From: Chrysomallon squamiferum
Taxonomy: Eukaryota; Animalia; Mollusca
Assembly (NCBI GenBank): GCA_012295275.1
Contig: CM022673.1
Span: 24,676,001 to 24,740,000 of the forward strand
DNA: 64,000 bases
Direction: 5' to 3'
Below are positions 41,177 through 58,023 of this stretch, in pieces. The notes under the pieces were generated by a model. It did not search any database and was not told the DNA's origin. It saw only the letters and a program-made list of their open reading frames with translations. The position numbers and the translations under genes were made by a program. Position 1 is the stretch's first letter, and every line of letters starts with the position of its first letter.

Positions 41177-42264
41177 ATACACACATATATACACACACAT
41201 ACACACACACACATGCAGACACATGCATGTTATACATGTTAAACCGTTATAAAGTGTTCGTCTGACTATCATAAACATTTTCAAAGTGTTACAAAACAAT
41301 AAACTGTTTTACTTGTTTTAAATTATACAAAAAAGAAAAGATTAACTTACATAAGTATGTTTTCGTTTTAAAAAAATGTTCATCGTACTTTTCCCAAATA
41401 CCTCTGCTACAGGTTTGTAGACGTCAGACTAAATGACGTCAGTCAATTGTTGACGTTTTATTTGTACAGTATAGAACCGAAGTTGAACGGAAACACCCGA
41501 TCTAAACAATGCGGTTTCCGTATCAAAAATTTCTTTGGCTTCCTAACTTTTTTTGTAACTTATCTAACAAAAATGGAGAATTATAAGAAACTTTATTTTA
41601 AAATACATTATATTTACCTTTTTAAAATCTTAATATTCTAACTTGTTAACGAGAGTAATGACAGTGTTTGAGAACAGTATTAATGTTTCCTCAAAACTGT
41701 TTTGCTTTTATCTTACGTTTCCAGGTTCGCAAACGTTCTTCGTTTGTTTTCTAAACAGTCGTGTTTAAAGCCAGCTTTAAATCAACGCAAGACAAAGACT
41801 GGGGTGTGTTTTTTTAATCAACAATAACATTAATCTTTACACAGTAATACAGATATCATATTTCCAAATAATATGTCACGTATAATCCATACTTTAAATC
41901 AGATATATCATCGTATAATACGTTGTTGTTGTTTATTTTGGGCTTTTTTTCAGCTGAAATATATGAATAAATCTTTCATTACTGCTTTTCTATCCAGTCG
42001 AGCCCTTTTTATTATTATTTATTATTATTATTATTTTATTTATTATTATTATTATTATTATTTATACAATTTTTATTTTTTTAAAGTTACATCTACCAAA
42101 ATTTTATACAGTGTATACGTAGGTGTCTGTGTGTATGTGTATTTGTGTTTGTGTGGGAGGGTTGAATGTATGTCTTTATATGCTGTATGCGTGCTTGTAT
42201 ATTAGTATATTGTGCCTGTATGTATTTGTATATGTGTATATGTTTATGAAAATGTGCTCGTGAA

Positions 42265-42306
<42 letters not shown>

Positions 42307-42845
42307 TATATGTGTATATGTGTGCTTGCGTAACAAACATAAAATGGCGGATTTTTTGTTGGTTGATTGGTTGTTGTTTTTTTTGTTGGGTTTTTTTCTT
42401 TTTGTTTGGTGGAATTTTTATTTTTATTATTTTTTTAACTTTTTTTTCCAATGGTTATGAATTATGTATTTTGTAATAAAAGGCATAAAGTGCAGTATTA
42501 GCGTTATAAATGATATAAAAATATCAAATTTATATTCTGTTTCTTGTTCTGCATACTGTAGTAAATTACAATCTGACTGCATAAAACCGAAGAGACACTT
42601 TCATATAACTAAACATTCACCTTTTATTCAACATACCAGAGCTTCGTTATAAAATAGTTTATGTTTATTGTTCTAACAGCAAGCATACAAAAAAGCAATT
42701 TTAATTAATTCAAACAACATAAAATTTAAGCAAATATATACATATACTCATACATACATACATACGTACAGAGATATACAGGCATACATACATTATATAC
42801 ATACTGACATACTGACATACAGACATATATGTATATATAGATACA

Positions 42846-42879
<34 letters not shown>

Positions 42880-43009
42880 CATCCATACATATATACACAT
42901 ATACACATATACATTCACACGTACATACATACATACACACATACAGACATACAGAGATATACATACACACATACATACATACACAGATATACATACATAC
43001 ACACATACA

Positions 43010-43482
43010 CATACATACACACATACATATATAGAATATGAATTGGATATTTTTGTCAGATGTTAACTCATAACCCTGAAACTGCACTGTATGTCGTTTA
43101 TTGCAAAATACATAATTCATAACCACTGGAAAAAATACTTATATTTAGGTGTTTGTGTATGTATGTATATTTAGCAGGTAGTCGGGTAAATTCTCATTGT
43201 TGTTACTGGTTTGTATTGTTGTACCAATCGCAGGTTTTATAACACACATACACACACATACATACATATATAGAATATGAACTGGATATTTTTGTCAGAT
43301 GTTAACTCATAACCCTAAAACTGCACTGTATGTCGTTTATTGCAAAATACATAATTCATAACCAATGGAAAAAATACTTATACGTATGTATATATGTAAG
43401 TATGTATATTTAGCAGGTAGTCAGGTACATTCTTATTGTTGTTACTGGTTTGTATTTTGGTACCAATCGCTGGTTTTATAAC
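43010..43482. repeat. ~240-bp tandem duplication
   Basis: catacatatatagaatatgaa.tggatatttttgtcagatgttaactcataaccct...gtaccaatcgc.ggttttataac x2. Confidence 0.9.
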
Positions 43483-45291
43483 TGAATCTTTCTGTCTGTC
43501 CTCAAAACAGAAGTTATTTTGTGCTACATGTACTGAAAATGTTTTTCTCAACGGTTTCATAACATGCTTAAGGTATATTATTTACTTATATTTATTTTTG
43601 CTGCTGAAGCAAAATGTTCTGTTGTTAAATAGAACTTCAGTTTTATTTCGTTAGCTGAAACATCGATTTAGCTTTATTTGTTTGTTTATTTACTAACGTG
43701 CTTGCTTAGTTATTTACCTTTCTGTTTCAATCCCGTTATTAAAATTTGTGTTAGAAAAAGACAAACAAAAGAGATGAGTGCAATGCAAGCTGTCGTTTGA
43801 TTTTTACCTTGGAAGTATTGGTGAATACATGAAAGACAAGAACTCATCTCACAATATGTCAATCTGCAACAATTTTAAACTTCGTGCTGTGAATCAAAAT
43901 ATTGAACACTTCTTAAAAACGTTCTTGAAAAAAAATAAAATGTTTGGCATGAAGGATAAATGAAATTAGAATATAACTAAATATTTAAATACGCTGTACA
44001 TGCATACATACGTATATAACATGCACACACACGCATATATATATATATATATATGTGTGTGTATATATGTACATACATATACACATACATACGCACATAC
44101 ATACACACATACATTACATACATACATACATACATACACTATATATATTTCCTTATATACTTTCTTTTTTGTTGTTGGGTTTTGTTGTTATTGTTATCTT
44201 TATTAATTAATTATTTATTTATTTATTGTTGTTTTGTTGGAGTTTTTTGTGTATGTGCATGTATGTTCCCTCTCTCAAGATGAAATATTTAAAGAGGCAA
44301 TACATTTTTTGTTTCTTTTCTAAAATCAGTAAATTAAGAAAAAAAAAGAATAAAAGAGAAAATCTTTAATTTTCAGATAATGAATGTGCCTGTTGTGTTT
44401 CTGTCAAATGTAGCGTTATTATTATGTACGTCTGCGTTTAGATTACCTGTAACCTTCTGTTAACAATTAGTTAACTATAAAATAACTGTTCTCTAGTGCA
44501 CTTCTTTTTTCATAAAAGTCCAGCTGCGAGCCATTATAGTTCATTACTGAACAACATCCAATTCTGTTTTGTTTGTTTGTCTGTTGTCGATTTTATTTAT
44601 TGATATATATATATTTTTTTTTTTTTTTTTTATTCCTTTTTTATTATTATTATTTATTTAACTTTTTTTTTTTTTTTAAATGAAAATCATATTCTTCTTC
44701 ATCACTGTAATCTTTTTTCTTCCTTTTCTGGTATCATCATCATCATCATCATTATTATCATTATCACTGTCGTTGTCGTAATTTTGTTTTCTAATTGGAT
44801 ATTAATTATATCCTCTCTTAAATGTGAAAATTTAATTATAAATATTTATATTTTATTCAGTTTGTTATCAGTGTAATTCGAATAATTCATACCACTTTTT
44901 ATATTGTTTACGGTAAAACATAAATTATATATATATAAATGTCAGTCTATTTCATTACAACATTCGACAGGGGAAAACCATTAAGGTAAGTCATATACAT
45001 ATACATAGACGTATACACATACATATACACGTACATACATACACACAAACACACACACAAATGCATATGTATATTTCGAGGTCTTTTCTGTTTTCCCTCT
45101 TTCTGTTTTACATACATTTACGCACGCACGCACAGAAACTTTAAACAGATACTTTATTTCAACAAACCGATTATTTTACCAGTTTATAAAAATACTTTTC
45201 TTGCTCTTAGACATTATTTTCAAAATATAAACTTGTGTGTGTGTGCGTGTGTGTGTGTGCGTGTGTGTGTGCCTGTGTGTGTATGTGTGTA

Positions 45292-45891
45292 CAGTGGTAC
45301 CCTGACTTACGAGTTTAATTCGTTCCGTGACCGAGCTCGTAACTCGGTTTGCTCGTATATCAAATCAATTTTTCCAACTGAAATTAATTGAAATACCATT
45401 AATCCCTTCCAGACCCCCAAAAAACCACCCCGATTTTTTTAAACGTGTTTTTACGTAAGAAAAATGAATTTTTATAAATGACAAATTTTTATTAAAAAAA
45501 AAAAAAAAAAAAAAAAAAATAAAATAAAAGATAATGTAAAGAAATAAATTGGTTTTGTAAAATGTATTTATCTTGGAGCTCAGACAACTTGGCCTAACTG
45601 AAAATGCTTACGTTCCATGGACTGAAAATAAAAGGGGGGGGGTGGGGAGAAAAGAAACGCGAGCACAACACAACAAAGACGCTTCCAGGGCGAGGTAACC
45701 GTGTGACGTGAACGAGTGAGACGTGGGCTGCTGCTGTGTTGTTCATTTCTCCAACTGGCGGAGGCATGTTGTCTGAAGCTCGCTCGTAACTCAGATTGTA
45801 GCTCGCAATTCAAGGTAAAAAATCGACTGGACGACTGCTCGTAACTCGGAGGACTCGTAATTTGGTGCACTTGTAAGTCAAGGTACCTCTG
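45292..45891 (-). mobile_element. Tigger-family non-autonomous element, inverted relative to the other three
   Basis: TA|cagtggtaccctgacttacgag ... cttgtaagtcaaggtacctctg|TA (TIRs plus TA duplication). Confidence 0.9.
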
Positions 45892-46118
45892 TATATAATA
45901 TGTAATATATGTGTGTGTGTGTGTGTGTGTGTGCGTGTATATGTGTGTGTGTGTATATTTATATAGATATAGATAGATAGATGATAATATATCTATATAT
46001 GAATGTATACGATTTTGCATATATATATATAGATAGACATTATTTTCAACTCTTGTCTATGTATGTATGTATTTATGTATATATATATCTATATAATGTA
46101 TATATATATCTATATATG

Positions 46119-46151
<33 letters not shown>

Positions 46152-46310
46152 TATGTATTCTGTATATATGCATGTATGTATACGATTGTGCATATGTGCA
46201 AATATATATATATATATATATGCATATACACACGCACTCATACACGCACACATACACACACGTACACAAACACTCACACATATTCCTGTTCGTTCAGACT
46301 GCACAGAGTC

Positions 46311-48457
<2,147 letters not shown>

Positions 48458-48637
48458 ACACATTTCACAAAACGTTGAGTGTCATACTTAATAAATCTGT
48501 TATAAAGAAAACGCTTGTAAGTGTTTTGTGATGAAATAAACAGAAATAAACGATTAACGATACTTCCACCCTTTGATGGTTCTGTTTATTACCACAGTTT
48601 CCTTTGTTTTATCAACCAACTAAAGTATGCAAAGGTG

Positions 48638-48674
<37 letters not shown>

Positions 48675-49164
48675 AACACAAAAACAAAAACAACAGTCAT
48701 TGACTAAAAGTAAACAGAACACATACTGGCAAGAATGGCTACGGGAGGTTTCATCAGCAGAACTTTGAATAAAGGTTTATCGTTTATTTTTCTGTGAATG
48801 TCTTATAAACATACATACATACATTATTTGATAATATACATGCTTACATACATACATACAAACATACATACATACATACATACATACATAGATACATACA
48901 TACATACATACATACATACATACATACATACATACAGACATACATACATACATACATACATGCATGCATACATAACTACACGCATGCACATAAACATACA
49001 TACATGAACAGATATTAACAAATCATTCGGTCGACCAGTTATCTCAGACTGTAGATGGCGAATCTTGTAACATTTCCTTATGCATTTAAAACCAACTGAA
49101 AACAAACACGCCAGTTTTGTTAAAAATACAGATGATCTTTTATATAAAATATCTAAAACCAAAA

Positions 49165-49800
49165 ACACCACCAAACTCCTTTTTAGTTACCCTTGATATT
49201 GAGTCCATATACACACTAACATAAATATCGATGCGGGTTTAGAATCTGCTGAGAGAGCGTTCGATATTTTTTGCTTCTGTTTATAATACGAAATTGGAAG
49301 AAGCAACCGAGAAGCCATTTTTTTTTTTTTTTTTTATCATTTCATCGCCATCATACGTTTAAAGGTAACTTTAAATCTCAAGTATACATTAGGTTTCACA
49401 GAAATTCGATTAAAAAAGAACATTAATGATCCTTGTTCACTCCTATTCAAAACGAGTTCTATGGAAAATTAAATCCGAAACGTCAGAGAATTAGACAAAC
49501 CCTTGGATCCACCAGACACATTTTAAGCCATCTAAAATCCAACGTAATATTCCACCTCACTTGGACACAGGATATAGAGCGGTCTGCTAGAAGCAGGCTC
49601 CACGACGTGTAAACTCTCAGTCTACGTTGAGTAGAGCACACAGAGAAAGTGAATATCAGATCCGAACTAACCCAGACTGCGACTCCAAAAACGTTGGGTA
49701 TTTGATAACATGCAACTTATGTAATAAACAGTATGTCGGCCAAACACAAAATAAGTTATGAGTTAGAACTGTTTGCCACAAATACTAGGCATGAAGTTGG
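49165..49800 (+). mobile_element. Penelope-like retroelement remnant (RT motif plus GIY-YIG endonuclease)
   Basis: PNSFLVTLDIESIY(T)NI at ~49171-49225 (cf. LVTxDVxSLYTNI) and EYQIRTNPDCDSKNVGYLITCNLCNKQYVGQTQNKL*VR at ~49651-49770; internally deleted, with stops. Confidence 0.82.
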
Positions 49801-50118
49801 CATTCCTGTCGCCAAAATATGATAACAAATTAATAAATGTAAAGACAGAGGACCAACGAACACTGTAATAAACATTACAATGGTTAACTTTAAGTCAAAA
49901 CATTATTTTTTGGTTAACTTTAAAAACAGTCAACTCGAATTTTTAGAGACAAAAATTAGAAAATATTATTTTTTCAGTAATACATTCATACATACATACA
50001 AAACAATTCATATATATGCCAGTGCAAACATTTTTTAAATCTAAAATACATGCATACATACATACATACATACATACATACATACAAACATACAAACATA
50101 CATATATACATACAAACA

Positions 50119-50152
<34 letters not shown>

Positions 50153-52538
50153 CATACATACATACATACAAACATACATACATACATACATACATACATA
50201 CATACATACATACATACATACAAAAAAACATACAAACATACATACATACATACATACATACATACATACATACATACAAACAAACGTTCGAGTCTCATCA
50301 GCGGCATCTGACGGGGTTTGTCCGGTCGTGATTGGACTTTGTCCTCCAGCGCAACTGCGTTTCCAAATATTGTCTGCGTGTTGACTGTAATCAGACGTAG
50401 GTAAGACAGAGAATATTCAAACCCTAGAATACAAACATACTTAAAAGAAAATTAAAACGTATAAACGATTCAAGTTTTATCTGAAAGAGTTATATATATA
50501 TATGTATGTATGTATTTAAAAGTTTATTTCACATTAAAATGGCACAGTGTCTTGCTGAGTGTGAACTAAAACGTGGGCGCAGTCGCCTGTGTAACGTGAT
50601 CTGTCGTAAACGGCTGGAAGATAACAATACTCTCTGATACGTCGCTGTTTATTCGCCGTCCAGTCAGTTCCGTCATTGTTCAATTTCTGTCACGTGTGAT
50701 AAAACTAAGGACGTGTGTTTACAACAGCGAGTCGTGACTGAGAGTTAGTCACTCGACTGAAACTAAAGTTTATTTCGTTGTTGTAGTTGGTTGTTAAAAA
50801 TCACCTTAGGGTATAACAACTGTTTTTTTTTTTTTTTTTATCTCTATAGAAAAATCGTCTTCGGGTGTTTGGTTTGTGCTTGAAAAGCTGCGTTATCAGA
50901 TTACATCAGACTTGTTATATTACCTTTTGGATTAAATTTAATTAATAACCGAAATGCAATGCAGGTGATCTAACTAATGTAGCCTTCGTAACGTAGACCG
51001 AGAAATGTTGACCCCTGAATTAAACCAGCGCTACAGCAGATGTAAAAACATCAACAGCAAAATCTGATCTCATTCTTTTTCCTTTTTTTCTTTTTTTTTG
51101 TCACGAATAACAACAACCTCACCGATTTCTATCAAGCCGGAACGTGGTATTTTCTTATCAGTATGGACTCGAATTTTACTCACGTCAACGGATGGGTGAT
51201 CATCAAACGTTTACAACGAAACGATACTCCGCGCTCTTAGCAGACGACTGCACACCCCATGTGGAAAGATGGCGGGATACTACCGTCTGCTCATTGTCTG
51301 TCTCGCTGGCTCGTTTTGCTCGACGGGTAAGTGAAAGTAAAATGTCTGGTTCACGCTGTTATTTGACTCGATTGCATATTGAATATTTCCTGGTTCTAGA
51401 CAAAAACCTCTTAAAGAAATTTACTAGAGATATAACGTGAAGTAAAGAAATCTTTTTTTTTTTTTTTTTTTTAAATAAATAAGTAAAACAGACTAATCGT
51501 AATAAATTTCTGTTTAATATTTTTACAGGTATATAACTGACATTTAGTGAGACATCATATTTGATTATTGATAATGATAATTGAATTATGTTAAGATAAT
51601 TGCGAATATTATTGTTTCTGAAATGAGTAGTGTCTAAGTAATATATTTTTATATAATTATTTCAAAAGTAACATGAACAAAACAACCATTTTGTTTTCTG
51701 ATACTAATTACATTTCCACTAAAATGCTGATATTATTAATATTTTATAACTTTTATTTTACATTAAGAAAAAGTAATAATAACTAAAAAAAAAAAAAATT
51801 AACTCTTTGTATATTTATTAACAAGTCGTGAACTGTTTATAACGTTGATCATATGTGACTGCTTCTTTTCCTAGATTTCTAACTTTAAAATTTGTATTTT
51901 ATATATATATTTTTTATTTTATTGTTCTTAAATTTTTTATTATAGTAAATATAAACGTAGTAATGGTATTTGAAATAATTAGCCACTAATTCTTAAATCT
52001 CGAAAATTGCACGAAACTCAGTTTTATTTTTTTTTTTTTTTTTTTTCTATTTTTTATAGTGAATTATTTTCCTTCTTCTTTTTATGTCATATGTCAACAG
52101 TTACTTTCCAAAGTATTAAGAACGGCTACTTATGTTTGTTTAAATTTTGATTTTTATCTTAATCCCTTCAGAGTACTTGCACAAACAAAACAACACACAC
52201 ATAACTATTCCAGATAAGATATTTAGTACATATATGTCAGTTTTAATTTATGTTATTCTTTATATTGGATGCGGAATAAGTATTATACCTAGATATGTAA
52301 GGAAATGCTTATTCAATAACAAAGAAATATAAATCGATTATTCAAATAACCTCCCAATAGTCATACATGTCAATATGTCTTGTTTTTGCATTTTGTTTTA
52401 GTTGTTAACTACTAAATGTCTTCTACAAGCAACTGCAGAAGAGATTACAAATTTGTACAATATATGGATTCGTTGTTAACTTACTAACACAGACAATCAA
52501 ACTGTTCTGCTCTAGAACAGTCCAATTATATATAGGGG

Positions 52539-52574
<36 letters not shown>

Positions 52575-52763
52575 AAAAGAAAAGGAAAACAACAAGGAAA
52601 CAAATTTTAAAAAAATAAAATAAAATAAAAAATAAAAATTTGTACGTAAATTAAAATGTATTCCTTGGGAGTTTCTAAGTATCCTTTTAGTCTGAAATGT
52701 TGACAACATTATCGAATCATTGCGTACTAATTGTGTCACTTTCACGGTAAAGAAACATTATGT

Positions 52764-52844
<81 letters not shown>

Positions 52845-55800
52845 TTACTATGAATAGCGTTTCAGCTTTGAATCGTAATAAATATTGAATTCTATAGCAT
52901 TTTATGGAATGCTACAAGAAAATACAAAGGCTGCAACCACAAAAGACGTGAAAAATAAAGGAGCGCGCGCGACACGCGCACACACACACACATACACACA
53001 CGCGCGCACACACACATATACATACACACATACACATAACTATACACATTCAAATTTGTATACAGAGAGTGCACTGGGTATAAAATAAACTGTTCGACGT
53101 GACTGCATTTGCATGAAGTTCTGTATTATATGAATTTATATCATTAACATCGGTATATAGCTATTTTTGTAAGTAATGAAAGCTTATCCTGCTTTCTGTT
53201 GCGAAACGTTGCTGTTGAATCATCTTTTTCAAGTCAACGTCACCACCCGGAACTCTTAAACCATGACTTGACTAAACGAATTCACCGAGGAACAAAGAGA
53301 AAGTTCACAGAGTTTATAAAATAGTCGTTTCGAGAGGGATTTATTTGAACTTTGATTTACGAAAATAGGATGGGCGGAGGTACATAAGATTTGTGTATTT
53401 AGAGATTGAAAATGTTATTTGTTAAGAATTTTTGTACACACTAACAATATCTGAACAAACAAACCAACAAAGCTTTACCGAAAAAAAAAAAAAAAAAAAT
53501 TAAAAAATGTAGGCATAATGTAATAAAATTAATGGTTAATGTTCTTTACTGAAATAGTTTATGAAAACATAAAATGACGACTGCAATAAATTGTGATGTT
53601 CAAGAACCAATTAGCTTTGTCTTTTATTAATTTTTAATTTTAATTTTTTTATCCATAACTTTTGGTTCAGTATATGAATTAAAAGAAAAGTATTATAATA
53701 TAATAAAACGTCAGAAAGTTGTTTGTTTGTTTGTTTGTTTTTGGGGTTTTGGGTTTTTTCCAGTGCTTCGTTATTTTTTCTTTTCTTACATTTTTTTTTT
53801 TTTTTAAGTTTATTCATTTTATATTTACTTATTTAGTTATTTAGTTATTTATTTACTAAGCAATCATTCTCCATGTATTTATAGCTATTATAATTTGGAA
53901 CTATTTTTAGGCGCGGATTTTGAAAGGCGAGAGGCTGTTAGGAGGACAAAACGAGTAACGAGTAATGATTACAAGATCGATGTTTTGGTGTTAGCCGATT
54001 ATCCACTGTATCAAAAGTAAGCTGTTTTAAACACGTGAAAACCAGTTTAAAATAACGATGTGTTTTAAACAGAAGACACTGTTAGTAAACCAGATGCATT
54101 TTTCACTATTATTAAATATTTTCTAGTTTTTTCTGTATAAAGATTAAGTATGACAGTTTTGGGATTCTTTTAGACCTTTCAGTAATTTTATTTTACGAAC
54201 AGGAGGTGGTTTTCTGCGTTCAGTTTTTTTTTTTAAGTCATTGGATGGTTTATCAATGCTCAAAAAATAATTAAATAAAAATAAAAATAATAAAGTTTTG
54301 TCATAATAATTTTTTTATATAAAAAATCAATAAAGATTTTAAAATAATATTTTCAAATATTGATGAATCTATTGTGTACATGTAAGTTACTGTCATAAAG
54401 GAAATTTGGAACAATTCAGAATTGTCAGAACCCGATTTCCAACATGGATTTTTGTCTCTAAGTTGTCCCACTTCTACTCTCGGGTTTGAGTGAGCATCCT
54501 CTTAATTATATTTGTAATCTACGTAGCTAACAAATTTCTGTTTTAATGTAGTCAAAAGAAATGTAATTACGAATACATATTTACAATATTCTATACCTCT
54601 AGTATTCATAAAGTAGCACTGAAACACAAGCGTGCGCACACACACCTGCATACATACATCTATACATATACATATATCACTAATATAAATTTTGCAGATG
54701 GCTAGCATGGAGCGGTCCAGACTCAACTGGAGATGTGAAGAACAACATGAACCGATATTTCACTCTACTGTTCACAGATGTGAGTTTTAAATCAGACTGC
54801 AGCTCCACGAACATTTTGAATTAAAATTTGTCATCTATTGTCATAATTTTACTTCACCATCGAAACATTATGCAAACGAAAGTTTCTTTCGTTACATAAA
54901 AAAATTATTATATGAGAGATAAAACATTTTTTTTTTTAAATGTAGCAAGAAATAATGAAATTCACAGATATTTTGTTATCGTACAAAGACACAAATTCAC
55001 AAACACACACATACACATAAGTCCCATAAAACTGTGACATTTTAATTTCTCACCAAATGCATTACTGTGAAACAAGTTGGATGCAGAACCTTTTTTTATA
55101 ATCTATAACAACAAAAATTAATACTTCCTTCTAGGTAAACTCAATATATGGCGGTATAACAAGTCCTGATTACAAGATATCGGTTGGTCTTGCAGACATT
55201 CAAATTGCTGAAACGCCAGTAAGTAACCGCATCGTTAAAATGTTATTCTTATTCTTTCAGTGTTAATGGGAGTGTCTACGTATTGGATGAGAGATAAAGC
55301 AAGCGTCTGAGTAGATGGGACCCTGTTCATTCATACTCCTGTATCTCTTTTCTTTTATTGCTTATTTTTTTCATAAATTAGTGGTGTGAGATGTAAGATT
55401 ACTGTATGGATGAAGTGCATACCATCCGGACAATATGAATAAAAAAAAATTCCCACATTGTCAAATATCTGTACGGTATTTAACATTGGGCACATTTTCA
55501 ACATAGTTCGTTTCGTTGCAGAATTCTGACATTGCACTGTTGACAAGTCGACACAACGCTCAGGGAAGAATCCAAGCAAACGACGTTCTGACGTCCATGA
55601 AAGCATTTGTCCAACAACACAGTCTGCCTCGCAACGACCACGTCGTCCTCTTTACTGGGTACTGTATGACGTCGTAGTACAACGGAAATATCAGCTAATG
55701 CCTTTGTTTACTTAAGTGTGTAGTGTGTGTGTCTGTTGGTATGCATGTATGTTTTAGCGTGTATGTTGTGTGTGTGTGGGTGTATGTTGGTATGCATGTA

Positions 55801-55937
55801 TGTTTTAGCGTGTATGTTGTGTGTGGGGGGGGGTGTATTTTTGTGTGGAGAAAAATTATTTTTCACAAGCCTAGTCTGAAGTTCAACTTAAAATTAATGG
55901 TGTTGCATAAAATACTACTGTATGATATAATGAAAAA

Positions 55938-56880
55938 TAATGTGTTATTTTACATCTTCAGATATGACTTGATCAGTGAGATATATGTGTTATTTCACAT
56001 CTTCAGATATGTCTTGATCGATGAGATTATATGTGTTTATCAGTGAGATATATGTGTTATTTTACATCTTCAGATATAGCTTGAACAGTGAGATATATGT
56101 GTTATTTTACATCTTCAGATATGACTTGGTCAGTGAGATATATGTGTTATTTCATATCTTCATATATGTCTTGATCAGTGAGATATATGTGTTATATCAC
56201 ATCTTCAGATATGACTTGATCAGCGAGATATATGTGTTATTTCACATCTTCAGATATGACTTGATCAGTGAGATATATGTGTTATTTCACATCTTCAGAT
56301 ATGACATGATCAATGAGATATATGTTTTATTTTACAAATCTTCAGATATCCCTTGATCAGTGAGAGTTATGTGTTTATCAGTGAGATATATGTGTTATTC
56401 TACATTCTCAGATATGACTTGATCAGTGAGATGTATGTGTTATTTCACATCTTCAGATATGACTTGATCAGTGAGATCTATGTGTTATTCTACATCCTCA
56501 GATATGACTTGATCAGTGAGATGTATGTGTTATTTCACATCCTCAGATATGACTTGATCAGTGAGATATATGTGTTATTTTACATCTTCAGATATGACTT
56601 GATCAGTGAGATGTATGTGTTATTTTACATCTTCAGATATGACTTGATCAGTGAGATGTATGTGTTATTTTACATTTTCAGATATGACTTGATCAGTGAG
56701 ATGTATGTGTTATTTTACATTTTCAGATATGACTTGATCAGTGAGATATGTGTGTTATTTTGTATTTTCAGATATAACTTGATCAGTGAGATGTATGTGT
56801 TATTTTGTATTTTCAGATATAACTTGATCAGTGAGATGTATGTGTTATTTTGTATTTTCAGATATAACTTGATCAGTGAG
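55938..56880 (+). repeat. 45-bp minisatellite (~20 units) made of the exon-6 splice acceptor plus the first 19 nt of the exon
   Basis: Unit atatatgtgttatttcacatcttcag|atatgacttgatcagtgag; the last unit is the start of exon 56862-56911. Confidence 0.95.
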
Positions 56881-57402
56881 GACGGCGGGATTAGCTTTTC
56901 TTCAACAACAGGTAAATATTTAACTGTGTCTTTCAAACCTGAATTTGTAGATTTATATATATTTTTTTTTTTTTATAAAACATATCTGCGATAAATATTA
57001 TTTACAACAAGTAAACAGTAAATATTAATGTGAATAATATCTTTGTCTCTTTGACTTGTAACTAGCAGATCATGAAGGCGAATCGACGAAACTTTTGTCA
57101 AGCGTGTATGGAATACGACATAGGACAAAACAATAGATTGGAACATTAACCCTATTTACTTCTGTCTTGACATGTTTTCTATTTCGTTCGAGACATTTTA
57201 AAATCGGAACATTTTGTTTCCTTTCACAACATGATTATACTTCAAAACAGCGTATAAACCTTTAAATTGCTTTTTATTCTTTTGACCAAATTGTACAGTC
57301 ATGTGTGATTCTTGTGTACGTCAGTGTTTGTGTTTGTGTATGTTCAGACTCCATGTGTGTGTGTTTTCAAACTGTTTATTTTGTCTTCGTTGTTGCTGTC
57401 AT

Positions 57403-57439
<37 letters not shown>

Positions 57440-57991
57440 TGTGCGGTTATCTGTTGTAACTCTTTGACTGTGATGTGGTTTCTTTGTTTATTCTGCTTGT
57501 AAGGAAAGGCTTACGTTGGTTCGATGTGTTTGACTGATGGGTCGAGCGTGTCGGTTGTGGAGGACACTGGAGCATTTACCAGTCTGTTCACTGTCACCCA
57601 CGAAATAGGTCACAGGTAGGTGAACATTTTGTGTATGCGTATAAAAGTACGTAGTAAATAATCGCGTGTTTAAATATTATCAGTCTGAGTATGTCAGCGT
57701 TGCCCTGGGATCGGGTTAAACGATGACGCTGCTGAATTCGTAACCTAATAATCCTCTTTAATATAAACGAGTGCCAGTAAAAAAAAAAAAATTTTTTTTT
57801 TTTTTAAATGAAATAAAAACAAGTCTGTAACTATAGCTGACGAATTTCCTAGAAAATTATTCATTGTCAGCCGTTTTTGTGAGTGGATTTATTCACGGGG
57901 AAACCTGAGGGGTGAATATAAAATATGCAAATGTTTTAATCTGGAGATTTAATGATCAGATAGTTTTCGTTTATTTCTTTTCTATTTTTAA

Positions 57992-58023
<32 letters not shown>

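Noticed and set aside
55938-56880. CRISPR-like appearance of the regular 45-bp (and 39-bp) arrays
   Set aside because: Units are head-to-tail with no unique spacers, no cas genes, and the context is spliced eukaryotic genes
56021-56994. Stand-alone 111-aa and 213-aa hydrophobic repeat proteins
   Set aside because: Non-ATG starts inside the minisatellite; only 56862-56911 matches the paralogous 50-nt exon
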